Shown here piece by piece: positions 59,941 to 64,000 of a stretch of DNA of 64,000 bases. A program made the translations under genes and the position numbers. Every line of letters starts with the position of its first letter. Positions within the stretch are counted from its first letter, which is position 1. The notes beneath the pieces were generated by a model, which saw only the letters and a list, made by a program, of their open reading frames with translations, did not search any database and was not told the DNA's origin. This DNA comes from Bryobacterales bacterium (GTDB lineage: Bacteria > Acidobacteriota > Terriglobia > Bryobacterales > UBA6623): positions 892,659-956,658 of the forward strand of contig CBDFJA010000002.1 of NCBI GenBank assembly GCA_965248365.1, read 5' to 3'.

Positions 59941-62427
59941 GCTGCCCGAGGAGGGAGGCTTAACGTTCAAATAGCGGCCGGCGCGGATTCGAGAGCTTCG
60001 CAGACCGTTCCAGGCCTTCAACTCGGCGACGCTCACCCCGAACCGCGAGGCGATGACGCTCAGCGTGTCACCGGGGCGAATGCGATACCGCCCCGGGCCC
60101 GAGGCCGCGAGCACTAGTTCCGGCGAGCGCGCGGATGAGGATGCCGAGCGGCCGGTTGGGGCTTGCCCGATCGTGAGGGAGTCGCCCGCGCGGATGCGGC
60201 TGCTCCGCAGACCGTTCCAGGCCTTGAGCTGTTTGACCGTCACCCCAAACTTCTGGGCGATTCCGCCGAGAGAGTCGCCCAGGCGAATCTTGTAGCGGCT
60301 GGAGGCGCCGGCGGCGGCGGAAAACGCCGTCGATCGCGCACGGTTCTCCGCTTGAGCGGACGAGCGGGCTGAGCTGCCGCCGCTGGGCGTCGGATCGACG
60401 ATCAAGAACTTGCCGGCCCGAATACGGCTTCCGCGCAAGCCGTTCCAAGCCCTCAACTCACCAATGGTCACATCGAACCGCTCGGCGATAGTCGATAGGC
60501 TATCGCCCGTCCGGATCTTATAACGCCCCGAGGCGGGAATCGGAACCCTCGCCGCCCGTCGGTGTGAGCTAGAGCGAGAGGGATCATTCGATGCGCGCCG
60601 GGTTGTCGACACGCTGCCTGGCGCTCGAACCCGTAAATATCTTCCGGAGGTGATGCGGCTGCTGGTGAGGCCGTTCCACTGCTTTAGCTGCCCTACGCTC
60701 ACGCCATAGCGGCGGGCGATCACGCTGAGGTTGTCTCCCGAGCGAACTCTGTATTTTCCGGGACCGCCGGTCTGGGAGCCGGCCGCCGTTTTCCCGGACA
60801 AGCCCTCGGGTTTCACGATCAGGTATCTTCCAGCGATGATGCGGGTGCCGGTGAGTCCGTTCCAGCGTTGGATCTGTCGGACGGAGGTTCTAAACCGTTG
60901 CGCGATGCCGCCCAGCGTATCGCCCCGAGCGATGCGGTAGCGCCCTGTACCGCCGACAAGAAAACCGCCCGCCCCGCCACGATAGTAATATTTTATTTTT
61001 TGCGCGCCGGAGGGGATTGTCAGCAACGACCCTTGGTCCAGTTCTCCTCCGTCAAGCCGGTTAAGTTCGGCGATCTGCGACGATTTGATTCCGTAACGTT
61101 TTGCGATCGCCGAGAGGGTTTCTTTCTCTTTGACCTGGTGGCGTCTCCAGGCCAGACGCTTCTCCTGGGGAATATGAGCGATTTCTCTTTCGAAGGTCCG
61201 CGCGGCGCCTTGCGGCAGACGGAGGTCGTAGCTGTGGGGCGGCGTGGCCGAGCGCCTCAAGGCCGGATTGAGCTCGCGGAGTTTTTCCGTGGTCGCGCCC
61301 GTCACGTCGGCGATCAGGTTGAGATGGATCTCGCTATCGGTCGTCGTAGTGTCGTAGCGCAGGGGAGGGGCCGGGTCCGGCTCAGCGGATTCTCGCAGCC
61401 AGGGATTCTTGGCGACATAGGTCATGGCCAAGATGATGGGAACGTAGTTGCGCGTTTCCCTCCGCAGCAGTCGCCGACGGCACAGGGTCCAGTAGTCCGA
61501 ACCCGCTTTCTTTACCGACCGCGCCACTCGCATGGGCCCGCCGTTATAAGCGGCCATAGCCAAATACCAGTCCCCAAACTCTAGATAGAGATCCTTAAGA
61601 TGGCGGGCCGCGGCGCGAGTAGCCTTCTCGGGATCGTAGCGCTCGTCCACGTAGCGGTTCTGGCGCAACCCGTACTGCCGCCCCGTGGACCTCATGAATT
61701 GCCACATCCCCGTCGCTCGGGCGCGAGAGATGGCCAGCGGCCGGAAGCCGGATTCCGCCTGCGCCACGTGGAAGATTTCCGGCGGCACGCCTTCCTCTTC
61801 AAGGACGCGCTCAATCATCGGACGATAGGCTTCTGATCTGTCAATGGTGCGCTGGAACGTCCTACGCCCACGCCCGGTCGTGAAGTAGTTGATAAGTCGG
61901 ACGACCTGAGAGTTCAAAATCAGGGGCAACTCGGAGCGGGTGGCTCTTAGCCGCGCTTCCCGAGTCTCGGCCAGGCTGAAGTCGTCCGGGATGGCAGTGT
62001 CGTTCAACTCGTCGAGCAGGGAGGGTTCGGCTTCTTCATCGAAGGGAGCAAGCACCGCCTCACCGTTCTCGGAGTAGGGAATTGCCTGGAGTGATTCGAA
62101 CTCGAGGTCTCGGACGTGCGACCTCAACGCCTGGTCTTCAGGCGTCAGCACCTCGACATTAGAATCGGTTTGCGGTTCGAGGGCCGCGGCCGACCCCGAA
62201 GCTGTCACTTCCGTCAGCTCGGCAGCGGGATCAGGATTGCCGGGTCGATGATGGGAAGGCGGCGTTTCCGGGACAGGTTCGCTGACGGCCTCGTCCGCTG
62301 CGAACTCGGGTGCCGGAGCAGGCGGGATTCCGCTGCCGCCGGCTCGACTCCCATCGCGCCCGCAGCCGGCCACCAACAGCGCAACCCCAGCCAGGGCGCA
62401 GCATCCACAGCTCTTTGCGAAACCCAT
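59938..62427 (-). CDS. mltD: MltD-like lytic transglycosylase lipoprotein with 6 clear LysM repeats
   Basis: LVAGC lipobox, AESGF, ATGMWQFM, AAYNGG, ETRNYVP; repeated Y.I..GD.L..IA. Confidence 0.9.
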   Translation of the reverse strand: MGFAKSCGCCALAGVALLVAGCGRDGSRAGGSGIPPAPAPEFAADEAVSEPVPETPPSHHRPGNPDPAAELTEVTASGSAAALEPQTDSNVEVLTPEDQALRSHVRDLEFESLQAIPYSENGEAVLAPFDEEAEPSLLDELNDTAIPDDFSLAETREARLRATRSELPLILNSQVVRLINYFTTGRGRRTFQRTIDRSEAYRPMIERVLEEEGVPPEIFHVAQAESGFRPLAISRARATGMWQFMRSTGRQYGLRQNRYVDERYDPEKATRAAARHLKDLYLEFGDWYLAMAAYNGGPMRVARSVKKAGSDYWTLCRRRLLRRETRNYVPIILAMTYVAKNPWLRESAEPDPAPPLRYDTTTTDSEIHLNLIADVTGATTEKLRELNPALRRSATPPHSYDLRLPQGAARTFEREIAHIPQEKRLAWRRHQVKEKETLSAIAKRYGIKSSQIAELNRLDGGELDQGSLLTIPSGAQKIKYYYRGGAGGFLVGGTGRYRIARGDTLGGIAQRFRTSVRQIQRWNGLTGTRIIAGRYLIVKPEGLSGKTAAGSQTGGPGKYRVRSGDNLSVIARRYGVSVGQLKQWNGLTSSRITSGRYLRVRAPGSVSTTRRASNDPSRSSSHRRAARVPIPASGRYKIRTGDSLSTIAERFDVTIGELRAWNGLRGSRIRAGKFLIVDPTPSGGSSARSSAQAENRARSTAFSAAAGASSRYKIRLGDSLGGIAQKFGVTVKQLKAWNGLRSSRIRAGDSLTIGQAPTGRSASSSARSPELVLAASGPGRYRIRPGDTLSVIASRFGVSVAELKAWNGLRSSRIRAGRYLNVKPPSSGS

Positions 62428-62648
62428 TCGCTAGACTACCGCTTAAACGAGACGACCCACAAGAACCCCGGCGCGCCCATCGCCCCGAGTGCTCTCGTGG
62501 GTCAAAGTCTGATGCTAGCAGACGGGCTATTGCCGGTCAATCCGGAGTGAACCAGACGAATCAGTGGGAATAAACCAGCCCAGGAGTTCGCGAGTTTCGG
62601 TGGTCTCTCAGGATTCCGTTAGCCCGCTTTGGTCACGGGCTGCTGTAA

Positions 62649-62730
62649 TAGCCCGCCTTTCTCACCACCGGACGGTAGAAGCACGCAATAGGCCCGCCAT
62701 TACCGCGTTCTGCTTGCTCGCCGTACTCAT
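62649..62730 (+). mobile_element. MITE family M, left-part remnant
   Basis: tagcccgcctttctcaccaccggacggtagaagcacgcaataggcccgccatta...cttgctcgccgt. Confidence 0.8.
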
Positions 62731-62825
62731 CACCGTCACGGCAAAGCCGATCCGGCCGACCCAGTCAACCGGTCGTGGAAGCAATTCTGGTAGACTGGCG
62801 CAAATTCCCAAAAAGGAGGAAGATC

Positions 62826-63683
62826 ATGCGATCATCCCGCAGAGCGTTCTTGACGGCTTTAGCTACCGGTGCGGCGAGTCTGACTTGCGCGCCAGCGAAA
62901 CGTAGTGGAGGAGTAACCCGACTTGTTCGATATCGGCATCAACGCAAGACGTCGTTCGGGGTACTGGACGGGGAGACCATCCGCCAAATTGAGGGCAACT
63001 TTTTCGGCGACCGGTTCGAAACGGGGGTTACCGTTCCCCTCGGGGAGGCCCGGCTGGTTTATCCGGTCCGGCCGCGCAAAGTGTTGGCGTTGGCCGGAAA
63101 CTATCAGAGCCATCTGGGGGACAAGCCGGCGCCGAAAAACCCGGAGCCCTTTTTCAAGGCGAACACGGCGCTGCTGAATCCGGAGGCGAATATCGTGTTT
63201 CCGCCCGGGGCGCAAGATGTTCACTTCGAAGCCGAGCTGGTGATTGTGATCGGCAAAAGGGCCCGGCGCGTGACCGAAGAGGAGGCCCCCGACCATATTC
63301 TCGGCTACACCTGCGGCAACGACATCAGCGAGCGGAATTGGCAGAACGGTTCGCTCGGCGACCAGAAGGACGTACAGTGGTGGCGGGCCAAGGGCAGCGA
63401 CACGTTTGCGCCCATGGGTCCGGCCATCGCCGTGGGCCTCGACTACGAGAAATCACAGATTCAGTTGCGGCTCAACGGCGAGGTCAAGCAGAAGCAGATG
63501 CTCTCGGACTTGATTTTCAAGCCACCCGCGGTCGTAAGCTTCATTAGCCAGCATGTGACCTTGGCTCCCGGGGACGTGATTTATACGGGAACGCCCGGAA
63601 AGACGAGTCGCATCCAAGCCGGCGACGTGGTCGAGGTCGAAATCGACGGCATTGGCGTGCTGCGAAACGGCGTAAAGGGCTGA
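62826..63683 (+). CDS. Fumarylacetoacetate hydrolase family protein with Tat-like signal
   Basis: SRRAFL, FEAELVIVIGK, GNDISER, KGSDTFAPMGP, GDVIYTGTP; AGGAGG RBS. Confidence 0.92.
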   Translation: MRSSRRAFLTALATGAASLTCAPAKRSGGVTRLVRYRHQRKTSFGVLDGETIRQIEGNFFGDRFETGVTVPLGEARLVYPVRPRKVLALAGNYQSHLGDKPAPKNPEPFFKANTALLNPEANIVFPPGAQDVHFEAELVIVIGKRARRVTEEEAPDHILGYTCGNDISERNWQNGSLGDQKDVQWWRAKGSDTFAPMGPAIAVGLDYEKSQIQLRLNGEVKQKQMLSDLIFKPPAVVSFISQHVTLAPGDVIYTGTPGKTSRIQAGDVVEVEIDGIGVLRNGVKG

Positions 63684-63906
63684 GTCGCGTTTGTCACCAC
63701 CTGACAGTCGGTCGAAGCTCTAGGTTCGGCAATAAATAGGGGATCTCATCCGATTTTCACTTTTGCAACTGCTTTGTTTCCGCTATGGGTTGCAGAACGA
63801 AAAGCGATGACTGTAGCCATTTGCGACGAAGGACTTTCACCACGGGCCGCTAATCTAAAAACCCCTCAGTCGCCAAGGAGCGGGTAAACTGCACGGTCGG
63901 TCGCCA

Positions 63907-64000
63907 TGGCTCTGAAACAGAGGTCAACTTGTATTTCGCCGGGTCTTTTGCTCGCTTTGATCGCCTGCTTGTGGTGTGGAGGCAACAACCGCACAGCACG
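63907..64000 (+). CDS. Start of a probable secreted protein (runs off the window)
   Basis: MALKQRSTCISPGLLLALIACLWCG is signal-like and open to the edge. Confidence 0.4.

Noticed and set aside
59938-61140. Periodic nucleotide repeats (ccgttcca..., gcgat) resembling an array
   Set aside because: These are coding LysM repeats of mltD, not CRISPR. No CRISPR array or cas gene is seen in the window.

Overview
GC-rich bacterial chromosome segment whose gene content and protein style suggest Acidobacteriota (Bryobacterales-like); this is inferred, not database-verified. Core or near-core genes: PAS hybrid histidine kinase, Gld-like ABC operon, lepA, recX-alaS, GlmU-like LbH protein, lolD-like ATPase, clpC, PEGA Ser/Thr kinase, lactate permease, TonB receptor, a variant cytochrome c maturation cluster (ccmE with CxxxY, Cys-rich ccmH), GntR/YtrA-ABC, SSS transporter, PSD1 cytochrome c protein, trxB, metY, tRNA-Gln(TTG), ogt, mltD and an FAH hydrolase. 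Mobile DNA is dense: an intact IS481 at a GCTAGG target, one IS3 nested inside another with evidence of flanking deletions, several REP-like palindrome families, and a ~200-260 bp fold-back MITE-like family (3 full copies plus about 6 remnants) whose ends often coincide with TAG stop codons and damaged toxin-antitoxin loci. The most unusual item is a 292-bp segment with a -10-like hexamer, bracketed by 59/60-identical 60-bp inverted repeats, between the divergent PSD1 gene and trxB (candidate invertible switch, or a MITE). Also notable are a probably leaderless SLATT-like 2TM gene with a Pro-rich micro-ORF and a structured ~270-bp tail in the inner IS3. Several single-base frameshifts may be long-read assembly errors.
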